From Leptospiria bacterium (GTDB lineage: Bacteria; Spirochaetota; Leptospiria; Turneriellales; CBDBES01), in assembly GCA_965262015.1 (NCBI GenBank), contig OZ253494.1:1228178-1292177 (forward strand): DNA of 64,000 nucleotides, written 5' to 3'. Position 1 is the stretch's first letter; the number at the start of each line of letters is the position of its first letter. Position numbers and translations under genes: made by a program. Under the pieces are notes generated by a model that was not told the DNA's origin, did not search any database, and was given only the letters and a program-made list of their open reading frames with translations. Shown here in pieces: positions 28,223 through 38,460 of the stretch.

Positions 28223-29698
28223 CTATCTCTGTCCAGAAATAAGGTCGCCACAGTTAGGAATAGAAATTCCAGTTGTAGGACGTGGTGTGACACTATCACA
28301 ATAGAATGTAGTACCAGTACCGTCGTAGTCGGCGTATTTGAGAGCAGGGATTTTACCAACAACAAAGCTCCAAGCACCTTTTGTGTTTTTAGTAGGATCA
28401 TCCCATGACATACCAGCATTATTCGACATCAACATGGCGGCACGCTCTGTTGCGGTTCCTGTACTACCTATACTTGATGGAATGGAGGTACCATATTCAT
28501 CATCCATTTCCCCAGTTGCAGTGCCAAAGCCATAGCTGTCAGTAATATCTCCACCGCCATCTTGAGATCCTACCAAGCCTCCAACCGCATCATTTCCATC
28601 TCCTCCGTTTACAGCACCCGTAGCGTAACTCGCGGTTATGCTTCCACCAGATCGATATCCCACTAAGCCTCCAACCGCATCATTTCCATCTCCTCCGTTT
28701 ACATCGCCTGTAGCGTAACTCGCGGTTATGCTTCCAACACCCATCTTGGCTCCTACCAAGCCTCCTACCGAACCATCTCCATCTCCTTCGTTTACATCGC
28801 CTGTAGCGTAACTCGCAGTTATGCTACCATCACCTTGAAAAAAACCCACCAAGCCTCCTGCAATATCACCATCATTTCCATCTCCTCCGTTTACATCGCC
28901 TGTAGCGTAACTCGCAGTTATGCTACCATCAACTTGAAAACCCACCAAGCCTCCAATGTAAGCAAAAGAGCCAGTGTAATCGGCAAGGTTTTTTACCAGG
29001 CCTATATTACGGATATCTGCATTGGCTGATATACCTCCAAACATCCCCATCATAGAGACATCTCTTCTACGAATAGCCAAACCCGTAATAGTGTGGCCGT
29101 TACCTTCAAAAATAGCATTAAAACAGGTATCATCAACCTTGCAAATTTCATTATCATCAGCAGCAGTTCCTATGCCAATGGGCTTCCAACCCCCTTCACT
29201 TACTACAAAATAGGGATCAGCGTTATCGTTAGCATCTAGGGTATACCCAGCCGTGCTATCACCGCTCCAAGTACCATTACTGCCCTTATCAAAACTAAGA
29301 TCTTGGCCAAGCTCGTAGCCGTTACAGACCGTAACTGCATCAGCACCACCGCAACCAGCTTTGTCACCATCACCACTACTTTTGGTTTTATAGCTGGTGC
29401 CCGTAAGATTATAGCGGATGTTGTGTAGCTCACCAAGAGTACAAATCTCTATCAAGCCATCGCCGTCACTGTCTACATCAATGGTATCGAGTATGCCGTC
29501 ACCATCGCTATCGCCACTACCTACAACACAAGCGGTATTAACGGGGGGGGGGGTATCATCTTTCGAGGCACAGCCCGTAGACAAAAATACACCAAAGAGC
29601 ATAAAAGCCATAAGACCCGTACACATCACTGATAACCATTTTGCATGCCAATTGACACTATTCATGAACCTAGTATTCACATTTTTTATGTATTCCAT
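28223..29698 (-). CDS. GLUG-motif repeat surface lipoprotein
   Basis: FLSTG-C lipobox, acidic DSDGDG Ca-binding-like motifs, FEGNGHTITGL, five GGLVG units; RBS AGGAGG. Confidence 0.85.
   Translation of the reverse strand: MEYIKNVNTRFMNSVNWHAKWLSVMCTGLMAFMLFGVFLSTGCASKDDTPPPVNTACVVGSGDSDGDGILDTIDVDSDGDGLIEICTLGELHNIRYNLTGTSYKTKSSGDGDKAGCGGADAVTVCNGYELGQDLSFDKGSNGTWSGDSTAGYTLDANDNADPYFVVSEGGWKPIGIGTAADDNEICKVDDTCFNAIFEGNGHTITGLAIRRRDVSMMGMFGGISANADIRNIGLVKNLADYTGSFAYIGGLVGFQVDGSITASYATGDVNGGDGNDGDIAGGLVGFFQGDGSITASYATGDVNEGDGDGSVGGLVGAKMGVGSITASYATGDVNGGDGNDAVGGLVGYRSGGSITASYATGAVNGGDGNDAVGGLVGSQDGGGDITDSYGFGTATGEMDDEYGTSIPSSIGSTGTATERAAMLMSNNAGMSWDDPTKNTKGAWSFVVGKIPALKYADYDGTGTTFYCDSVTPRPTTGISIPNCGDLISGQR
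28540..28960 (-). repeat. Five tandem GLUG coding repeats (about 90-96 nt)
   Basis: Recurrent near-identical DNA such as TTTCCATCTCCTCCGTTTACATCGCCTGTAGCGTAACTCGC. Confidence 0.88.
29543..29553 (-). repeat. Poly-C11 homopolymer in the coding strand (candidate slippage tract)
   Basis: G11 on the + strand; encodes TPPP a few codons after the lipobox Cys. Confidence 0.85.
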
Positions 29699-29803
29699 AT
29701 TTGTATCCTCCTAAACTAGACATACATTGCCTAACAGGTGAACATGATTTTCATGTAGGCTATACAGTCAAGAAATTTAATCCAGCATGTAGCTATTTTT
29801 ATT

Positions 29804-30589
29804 TTAAAATAAAGTAGAAGTTACCCTCTGTTTAGCAAAATTAAGGTATTCCTTGCAATTATCCATGTAAATAAAATCTCTCTGGTTTTCCTTACTTACT
29901 AAGGCAACTGTCCCAGAACCACCAAACATATCTAAAACAATATCATCTTGATAAGTATAAAACTTGATTAAACGATAAACTAACTCTTTGGGGAAAGGAG
30001 CAGGATGTTTTTTTGATAAAGCAGTTTCGGGTTTAATACTCCAAAAAGAATTTGAAAATTCAATAAATTCCTCTCTAGTAATATCTGCTTTACTAGGATC
30101 CCCTTTATGTTGTTTTGTTTCTTTGCTAAATACTAGCAGAAACTCGTAAGGTTGTACTACATACGGGTTGCTTGGTGATTTCCATGAACCCCATGCTGTT
30201 CTTTTGCTAATTACTTGTTTATACCATAAAATATCGCCACGCATGATAAATTTTAGATTTTTCATCTGTTGGATAACATCTGCATATAAACTCATATAAT
30301 TACCATCATAGGTAATGGAAGGTACGTTAATGGCTATTCTACCACCTGTCTTTAATACTTGATAAGACATCTGCCAAGTTTCTTCTAAAAATGATAAATA
30401 AGTTTTGTAGTTCATCGTATCATGATGATTCTTATATTGGATGCCAACATTATACGGTGGTGAAGTAATAATGAGATCTATAGAATTTTTCTTGATTTTT
30501 GACATCAATTCAATTCTATCTCCTAGGTAAAACTGGTTTACTGTCAAAGGATCGGGAATATGATGAATGTCCTGGGAAGGATTTTGCAT
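29804..30589 (-). CDS. Orphan beta-class DNA methyltransferase (N4-C/N6-A)
   Basis: DLIITSPPY motif IV before HPAPFP and VLDMFGGSGT motif I. Confidence 0.92.
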   Translation of the reverse strand: MQNPSQDIHHIPDPLTVNQFYLGDRIELMSKIKKNSIDLIITSPPYNVGIQYKNHHDTMNYKTYLSFLEETWQMSYQVLKTGGRIAINVPSITYDGNYMSLYADVIQQMKNLKFIMRGDILWYKQVISKRTAWGSWKSPSNPYVVQPYEFLLVFSKETKQHKGDPSKADITREEFIEFSNSFWSIKPETALSKKHPAPFPKELVYRLIKFYTYQDDIVLDMFGGSGTVALVSKENQRDFIYMDNCKEYLNFAKQRVTSTLF

Positions 30590-30660
30590 ATGATATCTAT
30601 TCTCTCTAACATCTTTGATTGATTTGTAAATACATTTTACAGTACAAGAGAATAGTTATT

Positions 30661-31422
30661 ATGAATACTCTAGAGAGAATCGTACAACATAAGAAGAATC
30701 TTCTTTCAAAAAAACAATTTAGTTTCCTTAAAAACATACCTCAAAGCAGTAACAATTTTAAGAATGCCATTCAAGGTAAGAAGCATATATCACTTATAGC
30801 AGAAATTAAACGTAGTAGCCCCTCCCAGGGTAATATTAATCCTGGTCTTGATCTTTTGAAAACTGTGCCCTCTTATGAACATTATGCTTCGGCAATATCA
30901 GTTTTAACCGAGAAGAAGTTTTTTTCAGGTTCTTTATTAGACCTGGAGCAAGTTAGAAAACTTACTCATCTACCTTTGCTTAGAAAAGATTTTATTATAG
31001 ATCCTAGACAAGTACTTGAAGCTAGGCAATGCGGGGCTGATGCTTTTTTGCTTATTGTTGCTATTCTCTCTCCACAGAAATTACAGAAACTTCTTGAATT
31101 AGGACGAGAATATAATATGCATGCCGTTGTTGAAATACATGATAAAAAAGAATTAGAAATTGCCCTCTCTTGCAATATTGATATTTTAGGGATTAATAAT
31201 CGTAATTTACAAGACTTAACCATTGATCGAGAAAACACTTTAAAAATGCTCCAGCATATCCCCACAAGTTTAAAAGAGCGATTGGTAATTATTTCTGAAT
31301 CAGGTTTTTCTCAAGCTAAACATATTCGCCCCTTTCATCAACAAATAGATGCTATTCTAGTAGGATCAAGCCTAATGAGTTCAACGAATATAGAATCCAC
31401 TTTAAAAGAACTTACCAGTTAA
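30661..31422 (+). CDS. trpC: Indole-3-glycerol phosphate synthase
   Basis: IAEIKRSSPS, ISVLTE, LRKDFI, GINNRNL, ISESG; ATG at 30661. Confidence 0.95.
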   Translation: MNTLERIVQHKKNLLSKKQFSFLKNIPQSSNNFKNAIQGKKHISLIAEIKRSSPSQGNINPGLDLLKTVPSYEHYASAISVLTEKKFFSGSLLDLEQVRKLTHLPLLRKDFIIDPRQVLEARQCGADAFLLIVAILSPQKLQKLLELGREYNMHAVVEIHDKKELEIALSCNIDILGINNRNLQDLTIDRENTLKMLQHIPTSLKERLVIISESGFSQAKHIRPFHQQIDAILVGSSLMSSTNIESTLKELTS

Positions 31423-31464
31423 GACGTAATCATAGATTCATTTACCTTGCTGGCTTGCAGGTGG

Positions 31465-32748
31465 TTATTTTACCTTAAAAAAGGTGAGCATCTTGTATAG
31501 GGCATCAGATAGCTTATCTATATCTTGATTCGTATTGTAAAAGTATAAACTTGCTCTACATAAAGCGGGTACTTTAAAAGCATCCATCAAAATTTGGCAA
31601 CAATGGTGACCCACTCTAATAGCAATACCTTCTTGATCTAAGAAAGTACCTGCATCATGAGGATGTATATCTTTTATACTAAATGATAATATGCTGGTTT
31701 TTTTTATTCTCTTGTTCTGCACATCTTCTAGAGACGGCCCATAATGTATTATTTGTGGTAATGATAATTTTTTTAAAGCATAGAGTAATAATGTATTATC
31801 AATTTCTTGAATAGTAGAGAGACTAACTGCTTCCATGTAAGTAATGGCAGCAGACAAGCCAAATACGCCAGCAATGTTAGGAGTACCCGCTTCATACTTG
31901 TATGGAATCTGATTATATAAGGTCTTTTCTTTAGCGACATCTAAAATCATATCGCCCCCACCCATAAATACAGGTAGGTGATTAAGTATACTTTCTTTAC
32001 CATATAAAATACCAATACCAGTGGGACCCAACATTTTATGAGCAGAGAATAAAAGAAAATCAGGATCTAAAATCTGAACATCTATTTCTAAGTGGCAAAT
32101 TGCCTGTGCTGCATCAATAATAAATAAAGCACCTTTTTCTCTAGCGTAGTTTCTGAATGGCTCTAGGTCATGAATAATACCAGTAACATTAGAAACCAAA
32201 GAAAGTGATACGATCTTAACCTCTCTATTTTGTAGACTGTGCTTTATTTTCTCAAAGGCATCTAAACATAAGATGCCATCTATGGGTGACACCGGAATAT
32301 ATTGGATTTCGAGGTTATGTCTTTCTGCCATAATTTGCCAGGGAACAATGTTAGAATGATGTTCAGATTCACTTAGAATAATAACATCTTTACTTGCAAG
32401 GGGATTCTTCCATGCAAACAAATGTGGAATATGATTTAATTTATTTGCATGGGGTAAAATATAACTAAGTAAGTTAAAGCCTTCAGTGGTACCCTTGGTA
32501 TAAATAATTTCTACACTGGTATTGGCATGAATAAAATTTTTTACCTGTTCTCGTGTATCTTCATATATATCTGTTGCCTGAACGGACAACTGGTATACGC
32601 CACGGTGTATATTAATGCTAAAATCTTTATAATACTTTTCTATCGCTTGGATTACAGACAAAGGTGTTAATGAAGAGGCGGCGGAATCCATAAATGTCAC
32701 CTCTGGATTGGATTCAAAAAAAGGAAAATCTAGTTTAAAATTACGCAT
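31465..32748 (-). CDS. sufS: Group II cysteine desulfurase (SufS/CsdA)
   Basis: NIHRG, EHHSNIVPW, SAHKMLGPTG, EAGTP, RVGHHC. Confidence 0.9.
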   Translation of the reverse strand: MRNFKLDFPFFESNPEVTFMDSAASSLTPLSVIQAIEKYYKDFSINIHRGVYQLSVQATDIYEDTREQVKNFIHANTSVEIIYTKGTTEGFNLLSYILPHANKLNHIPHLFAWKNPLASKDVIILSESEHHSNIVPWQIMAERHNLEIQYIPVSPIDGILCLDAFEKIKHSLQNREVKIVSLSLVSNVTGIIHDLEPFRNYAREKGALFIIDAAQAICHLEIDVQILDPDFLLFSAHKMLGPTGIGILYGKESILNHLPVFMGGGDMILDVAKEKTLYNQIPYKYEAGTPNIAGVFGLSAAITYMEAVSLSTIQEIDNTLLLYALKKLSLPQIIHYGPSLEDVQNKRIKKTSILSFSIKDIHPHDAGTFLDQEGIAIRVGHHCCQILMDAFKVPALCRASLYFYNTNQDIDKLSDALYKMLTFFKVK

Positions 32749-32771
32749 GTTTTATCAATAATGATGTTCTT

Positions 32772-34130
32772 TTAATTTTTCCCTTCAACTTGTAATGCTG
32801 TTAATGCTTTATAAAATGTGGGAAAACTTGTTTTTACCCATGCACGTTCTTCTTTCGAAACATAAATTTTATCTGGAGCATTAAAACCAAGATTGGCATG
32901 TGCTTTACTAATTATATTGGCAATTTCAAAACCCATGATGATACGATGATCTTGAAATCCCTCTATTTGCCCCTCTGGTACATGGGATGGCCTACCTTGT
33001 ATAGAAAATCCATCCTCCCATTCTTGAACAGTATAGCCAAGATTAATCATATTTGTACATAAAGCATGTATACGATCTGATTCTTTATAGCGTAGCTCTT
33101 TCGCGCCACGCACTAAAAAAGTACCCTCTGAAAACATTGAGGCCACTGCTAAAATAGGTATTTCGTCTATTACAGCACTAATCATATTTTGATTTAATTC
33201 TATATTATGCAAATTTATAGTATAACACACTTCAAATGTTTCTCCATTCTCTCCACATTGTTTATTTTTGTGTTGCCTTGCAATATTAGCCCCCATTTGT
33301 ATTAATACATCTATGTATTGACTACGAAATGGATTGCTAAGCACATCACTTACCACTAGGCTACTATCTGGGATATGCATAGTTGCAACTATAAAAAAGG
33401 CTGCGGAAGAAATATCATTCCATATATGCCAGTCTCTGGCATATATGCGATAAGGTGGTGATAAACAGATAGACTTAGTTTGTTGTACTGTATCTGTCTG
33501 TAATGTTAAATTGACCCCAGCATCTAAGAGCATGTTTTCTGTATGATTACGTGATGGTTTGATTTCTTGGATAGTAACATTAGTTTGTGAGGCAATACCA
33601 GCAAAAATGAAGGCAGATTTAACCTGTGCCGAACCTAATTCTTCTTTAAGATATAGATTATTAAGCTTTGTCCCTTTCACTCTAATGGGTAAGGTATCCA
33701 CATTGCTAAAATTGGCCCCTTGTTTTTGTAAGATACCAGTTATACGTTTCATTGGACGTTTTGATAAACTTTGATCTCCACTGATCACAATATCAAGACC
33801 TGGTATACCAGCGAAAAGACCCAAGAGCAAACGGGCCGCCGTACCTGAATTGCCTACATTGATGGTAATGGTTTTTTCAGGTATAGTAAATAATGACAAA
33901 CCAGGGGATTCAATCTCTACACGCTTATCTGCTTCATGTAATATATAGCAAACACCTAATTGCGAAAAAGCATTTAACATACACAAAGTATCTTCAGCAT
34001 ATAAAAAATTTGTTAGTGTTGAGCAACCCTGCGACAAGCTTGCCATAATTACAGCCCGATGAGATAATGATTTATCACCCATTAGATTGACAACACCTTG
34101 CAGATGAAAAGAACGCTGAATAATATTCAT
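32772..34130 (-). CDS. aroA: EPSP synthase (class II)
   Basis: GDKSLSHR, GNSGT, SAQVKSA, RNHTE, IDEIP, KESDR, DHRI. Confidence 0.95.
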   Translation of the reverse strand: MNIIQRSFHLQGVVNLMGDKSLSHRAVIMASLSQGCSTLTNFLYAEDTLCMLNAFSQLGVCYILHEADKRVEIESPGLSLFTIPEKTITINVGNSGTAARLLLGLFAGIPGLDIVISGDQSLSKRPMKRITGILQKQGANFSNVDTLPIRVKGTKLNNLYLKEELGSAQVKSAFIFAGIASQTNVTIQEIKPSRNHTENMLLDAGVNLTLQTDTVQQTKSICLSPPYRIYARDWHIWNDISSAAFFIVATMHIPDSSLVVSDVLSNPFRSQYIDVLIQMGANIARQHKNKQCGENGETFEVCYTINLHNIELNQNMISAVIDEIPILAVASMFSEGTFLVRGAKELRYKESDRIHALCTNMINLGYTVQEWEDGFSIQGRPSHVPEGQIEGFQDHRIIMGFEIANIISKAHANLGFNAPDKIYVSKEERAWVKTSFPTFYKALTALQVEGKN

Positions 34131-35882
34131 TTAGAAATGATACCCTAAACCACCTATAAATCTTAAACCACTAGTTTGGTATGGTGGTAAAATAATGTAA
34201 GTTTGGTTTGTCAAGTTTTCACCTTCAATATAACCATTAAAATTTTTAGAAAACTTATATTTAAATTTTATGCCTAGCAAAGTATAATAAGGTAAACTAC
34301 CAGTATCTAATTTTCTACTGCCTGTAAAAGTTAAATTAGTATGCATTTCAAAACCCTTATATATAAACAATGCTTTTAGTACTAATTGTAAAGCAGGTCT
34401 AAATACAACAGATTGTATTTGCCACTCCCCATGAAATAATACATCATATTGAAAAAATGATGCTACTTGATGTTGCCATCCTACTTCACCAATTAAAGCA
34501 TTAAATCGTCTATAAGAATAGCTGTATAACTGTTCACTATTTTGTACAGGTGTAGTATAGGACGTATAATAAACCCATCCTGTTTTAGCTGATAACTTGA
34601 ATTTATGAAAGAGAGTAATATAATTTGACCAATATATTTTCCATGCATTCTCAGGTTCACTTAAATAAACTGGTATAAAATAATTTTGGTAGGTAAAACG
34701 TTCTGTAATCTCCATAATGGATGAGCGTCTTTCTGTTTCCAAGATAGAGGTCCAATATGCTAATGTTGCTTTTACTAATAAATAAGGTGCAGGGAGAAAT
34801 TGGTTATTCTGTGCCATAAAGAGTCGCATTCCTGCTTTTAAATGTACTTCCAACTTGTTTTCTTTTTCTTTGCCAACATAGGCAAAATAAATAGGTAAAG
34901 AGAACCAAGCGAATACATTTCCATACCTATAGACATTATCTTGCAAAGCATAGGTATTTTCTCGACCCACTAAAAAATCAGAACTGATGTTAATAGAATT
35001 ATATTTTCCAATGAAAGTACGCCAGTCTGCTTTCCCACTTACATGAAAATAACGTGCTGTTTGTTCATTTCGTGCCACTCCTTCTAATCTTCCATTAGTG
35101 TAATTACCAGATAGCCATAAATTAATTTCATTACCACTAAAGCGGATTCGGTTTTGGATTTGAGCGTTCCAATAATTTTTATTCTGTTTGGTATAGAAGG
35201 CATTATTGTGTAAGCCTTGATTTTGTTGATAATAAGATACTTTAGCAAAGAGCTTGTATATTTTATTTGGTGTTACATCAATCGTAGACAATAAAGAGTC
35301 GGATGATAAACTAGAGTTTGTAATTATCTTAAGATTATTACCCTCTCCTGATTTTTGTTTTCTGTCATATCCAATGGAATAAGAATACTTAGGGGTTGCA
35401 TTTGTGAAAGTCGCATTTGTATCAACACTATTATAAAGCCCATAATGTAAATTGATACTAGCTATCCGTTCTTGAGAAGGTATACTTGCCTCTTGTCTAC
35501 TAATTTTTTTTAATGTTTCTAAGTGATCCCATCCCAAGGATACATTTCTACTAGGTAATATTAGATTAAAAGGTGTTTCATAAGATTTCATGAAAAACTC
35601 ATCTTTACCTTCAACTAAAATTTCTGTATCTTTTGAAGGGATCTTTTCTTCTAGTATTTTTTCTTTTTTAGCATCTTTTTCGATATCATAACTTTCTTCT
35701 TGAATGGTTTTAGACTCTAAAATATTTCTATATAAATCTTTTTCAAAAATAACTTTTGACTTATGTAGATCATCTTTCTTTTTTTTGTTTGTTTGCACAT
35801 AAATAGGTTGAATTAAAACGACACAAAAAAGAAGGTAAAGGAAGTTCAGAAACCATGTTGGAATTAGATAACGAACTAACAT
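34131..35882 (-). CDS. Outer-membrane beta-barrel with a TonB-dependent-receptor-like C-terminus; no obvious plug domain
   Basis: Signal peptide, alternating aromatic strands, ENLTNQTY...GLRFIGGLGYHF ending in Phe. Confidence 0.62.
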   Translation of the reverse strand: MLVRYLIPTWFLNFLYLLFCVVLIQPIYVQTNKKKKDDLHKSKVIFEKDLYRNILESKTIQEESYDIEKDAKKEKILEEKIPSKDTEILVEGKDEFFMKSYETPFNLILPSRNVSLGWDHLETLKKISRQEASIPSQERIASINLHYGLYNSVDTNATFTNATPKYSYSIGYDRKQKSGEGNNLKIITNSSLSSDSLLSTIDVTPNKIYKLFAKVSYYQQNQGLHNNAFYTKQNKNYWNAQIQNRIRFSGNEINLWLSGNYTNGRLEGVARNEQTARYFHVSGKADWRTFIGKYNSINISSDFLVGRENTYALQDNVYRYGNVFAWFSLPIYFAYVGKEKENKLEVHLKAGMRLFMAQNNQFLPAPYLLVKATLAYWTSILETERRSSIMEITERFTYQNYFIPVYLSEPENAWKIYWSNYITLFHKFKLSAKTGWVYYTSYTTPVQNSEQLYSYSYRRFNALIGEVGWQHQVASFFQYDVLFHGEWQIQSVVFRPALQLVLKALFIYKGFEMHTNLTFTGSRKLDTGSLPYYTLLGIKFKYKFSKNFNGYIEGENLTNQTYIILPPYQTSGLRFIGGLGYHF

Positions 35883-35944
35883 CCTGTAAATAATATCTTT
35901 ACAGACAAAAGAATTGAAGTAAACTGATAACCATACTAATACGT

Positions 35945-37441
35945 ATGATTTTTAATAACTCTTTTCATGTCAAAGATTTTAATTCTATCCTAATAGCTGG
36001 TGCGGGAGGTATAACAGGACAACATTACAGTCGTTTATTATTACATCACAATAAAACTGTTTTTGCCTATGATGAGAATCCTCATGTATCATATCCTCCA
36101 GAGTTAATAAACCATTCTAAATTTAGACTAGTCACAGATGCTATATTAGACAAAAAAAAATTCTTTGACCGGATTGATGTTATTTCATTAAGCCCGGGCT
36201 TCCCCTTACAAAAAGAATTATTTTCTAAATGCAAAGAACTGTCTAAACCAATTTTTAGTGAATTAGAATATTGTTTTCCCTACCTACAGGATTATGTATG
36301 GGTAGGTATTACAGGCACTGACGGGAAAAGTAGCACCACTACCTTTTTGACTCATCTGCTTAATGTAGCTGGTTTGTCTGCGATTGCATGTGGTAATATT
36401 GGTATACCATTTTCTAAATTAGTGTACGAGCAAGAACAAATTAATTCACATAAATGGGATGTATTAGTGGCAGAGCTAAGTAGTTACCAATTAGAATTAT
36501 CAAGAAATCTTGCTTTAGATTGTGGTATTCTACTAAATATCGCACATGATCATTTGAACAGGTACCCCACTTATGCAGAGTATGGTCAAGTAAAATGGAA
36601 GATTGCTGGATGTATAAAAGAACAGCAAAAATTTTTTATATCCAAAGACCTATCTAATCATATAGTTTACAATAAAATCCAAACACACCCTATTACAATT
36701 GTTCCAATTGATACAGATCTCTTGTCTAGCCCACTATTTAAATGGACTAGACATCATACTTCTCACCTTTTACATACCCCTGATAGTGATGTTAATTTAG
36801 ACCATACATTTACAATGGCCAAACATGATCTAGGCAATAGCTTGTTTGCCTTAGAAGCATGCCAATTTATCTCTGAGCATATCAAACATCCCCAAAAAAT
36901 TGATATGCTTAGATCCTTGCAAGACGCATTACATACCTTGCCACGATTAGCACATCGTTTTGAAGTATTTAGTCACTATAAAAATATTGACTTTATTGAT
37001 GACTCTAAAGCAACCACTATCCAGGCTGTTTGTAAAGCCATAGATTCGATAGAGGGTCAATTTTACATGTTTTTAGGGGGGCAAGGAAAGGGAACTTCCT
37101 ATTGGCAACTTGCTAAAATTCTTAGCCAAAAGGATGCCTATATCTTTTTGTTTGGTGCAGAAAAAGATAAGCTACGCATTAGTCTTTCAAAAGAGAGTAA
37201 TCACATTGTAGGCACATTTTTTGATTTAGCACAAGCCTTTAAAGCTGCTTGGGAACATGTGCAGACAAACCCTATTTTTTTTCATCAATTAACAGAACGC
37301 ATTACATTTATTTTATCTCCTGGATGTACGTCATGGGATCAATATACTAGTTTCAAAAAACGAGGCGAACACTTTAAACGACTAGTGATAGATACCTTGC
37401 AAGATATCCATAATAAAAATCTTCATCCCCCACAAACATAA
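35945..37441 (+). CDS. murD: UDP-N-acetylmuramoyl-L-alanine--D-glutamate ligase
   Basis: GITGTDGKSST, GNIG, ELSSYQL, DHLNR, DDSKAT, LSPGCTSWDQY. Confidence 0.95.
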   Translation: MIFNNSFHVKDFNSILIAGAGGITGQHYSRLLLHHNKTVFAYDENPHVSYPPELINHSKFRLVTDAILDKKKFFDRIDVISLSPGFPLQKELFSKCKELSKPIFSELEYCFPYLQDYVWVGITGTDGKSSTTTFLTHLLNVAGLSAIACGNIGIPFSKLVYEQEQINSHKWDVLVAELSSYQLELSRNLALDCGILLNIAHDHLNRYPTYAEYGQVKWKIAGCIKEQQKFFISKDLSNHIVYNKIQTHPITIVPIDTDLLSSPLFKWTRHHTSHLLHTPDSDVNLDHTFTMAKHDLGNSLFALEACQFISEHIKHPQKIDMLRSLQDALHTLPRLAHRFEVFSHYKNIDFIDDSKATTIQAVCKAIDSIEGQFYMFLGGQGKGTSYWQLAKILSQKDAYIFLFGAEKDKLRISLSKESNHIVGTFFDLAQAFKAAWEHVQTNPIFFHQLTERITFILSPGCTSWDQYTSFKKRGEHFKRLVIDTLQDIHNKNLHPPQT

Positions 37442-37446
37442 TATCG

Positions 37447-37466
37447 TAGTGTATACGGTTACACTA
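37447..37466 (+). terminator. Hairpin after murD
   Basis: TAGTGTA-tacggt-TACACTA 7-bp stem; weak U tract. Confidence 0.3.
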
Positions 37467-37776
37467 GTTCTATAGTATAAAGTAAAATTTACAGATAGAT
37501 AATTTAAATCTTCATAAGCCGTTATTTTGATCTAATAAAATTTTTTCTGATTAATTTATTGTATTCCATTATAAATTCTTAATTTTACATACAAAACAAA
37601 ATCCTCATTGCATATGTCTAATTCCTACTGATTTAACCTTTAAAATTTATACATATAGTATTGTTTATAGGCCTTTTATAGCTCTATTTATGTTTGTATA
37701 TGGCTTGGTACTACTTTAATGTAAATTGATGAAAAATTATATTGTCTAAACGTAGACATAGAAAAACATATATACT

Positions 37777-38460
37777 ATGTTCAAGAAAGTTCGAATTGCA
37801 GATTTAGATGTTAACTATATTGAAGGCGACCAAGATGGTAATTATACTTTTTTATTACATGGTTACGGAGCCAATGCAAAAGATTTAATCTCTTTGCATA
37901 CATATTTACAGCCTTCTAACCAACCTAAATATAATTGGTTTTTTTTAGAAGCACCTATCAGTCTAGACGATAATTTTCTGGGGAAAGCTTGGTTTCCTAT
38001 TCCAGAAATTATGACATTTACACCAACTATTGATTATAGTAATACAGAACCAAATGGCATGGCAAGTGCTCGTGAAAAGATTACTCAAGTAATTAAGCAA
38101 GTTACACATGCACAAAATAAAAATAAAATTATATTAGGTGGATTTAGTCAAGGTGCAGTAATGTCTATGGATGTTTTTCTACACTTACCCAAACCAAACT
38201 TTATAAGAGGCGTGCTTCTTTTTTCTGGTACCATTGTTAATAAAACAGGCTGGAGCAAGATGGCAAAAGAGAGTACCCCTTTTCATTGCTTTCAAAGCCA
38301 TGGGAAAAATGATCCTCTATTAACCTATGCTAAGGCAAAAGACCTATGCGACCTGATAAAGCAAGCGGGGATAACTCTAGATTGGTATGATTTTGACGGG
38401 GGACATGAAATAACGATGAACGTTATGGATAGGGCAAAAAGTTACTTAGAAAATATTTAA
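37777..38460 (+). CDS. Phospholipase/carboxylesterase (alpha/beta hydrolase)
   Basis: LHGYG, GGFSQG nucleophile elbow, HGKND, GGH. Confidence 0.9.
   Translation: MFKKVRIADLDVNYIEGDQDGNYTFLLHGYGANAKDLISLHTYLQPSNQPKYNWFFLEAPISLDDNFLGKAWFPIPEIMTFTPTIDYSNTEPNGMASAREKITQVIKQVTHAQNKNKIILGGFSQGAVMSMDVFLHLPKPNFIRGVLLFSGTIVNKTGWSKMAKESTPFHCFQSHGKNDPLLTYAKAKDLCDLIKQAGITLDWYDFDGGHEITMNVMDRAKSYLENI

Noticed and set aside
37442-37776. Replication origin in the AT-rich spacer
   Set aside because: No DnaA-box cluster; the only perfect TTATCCACA I noticed lies inside lysS (about 45306).
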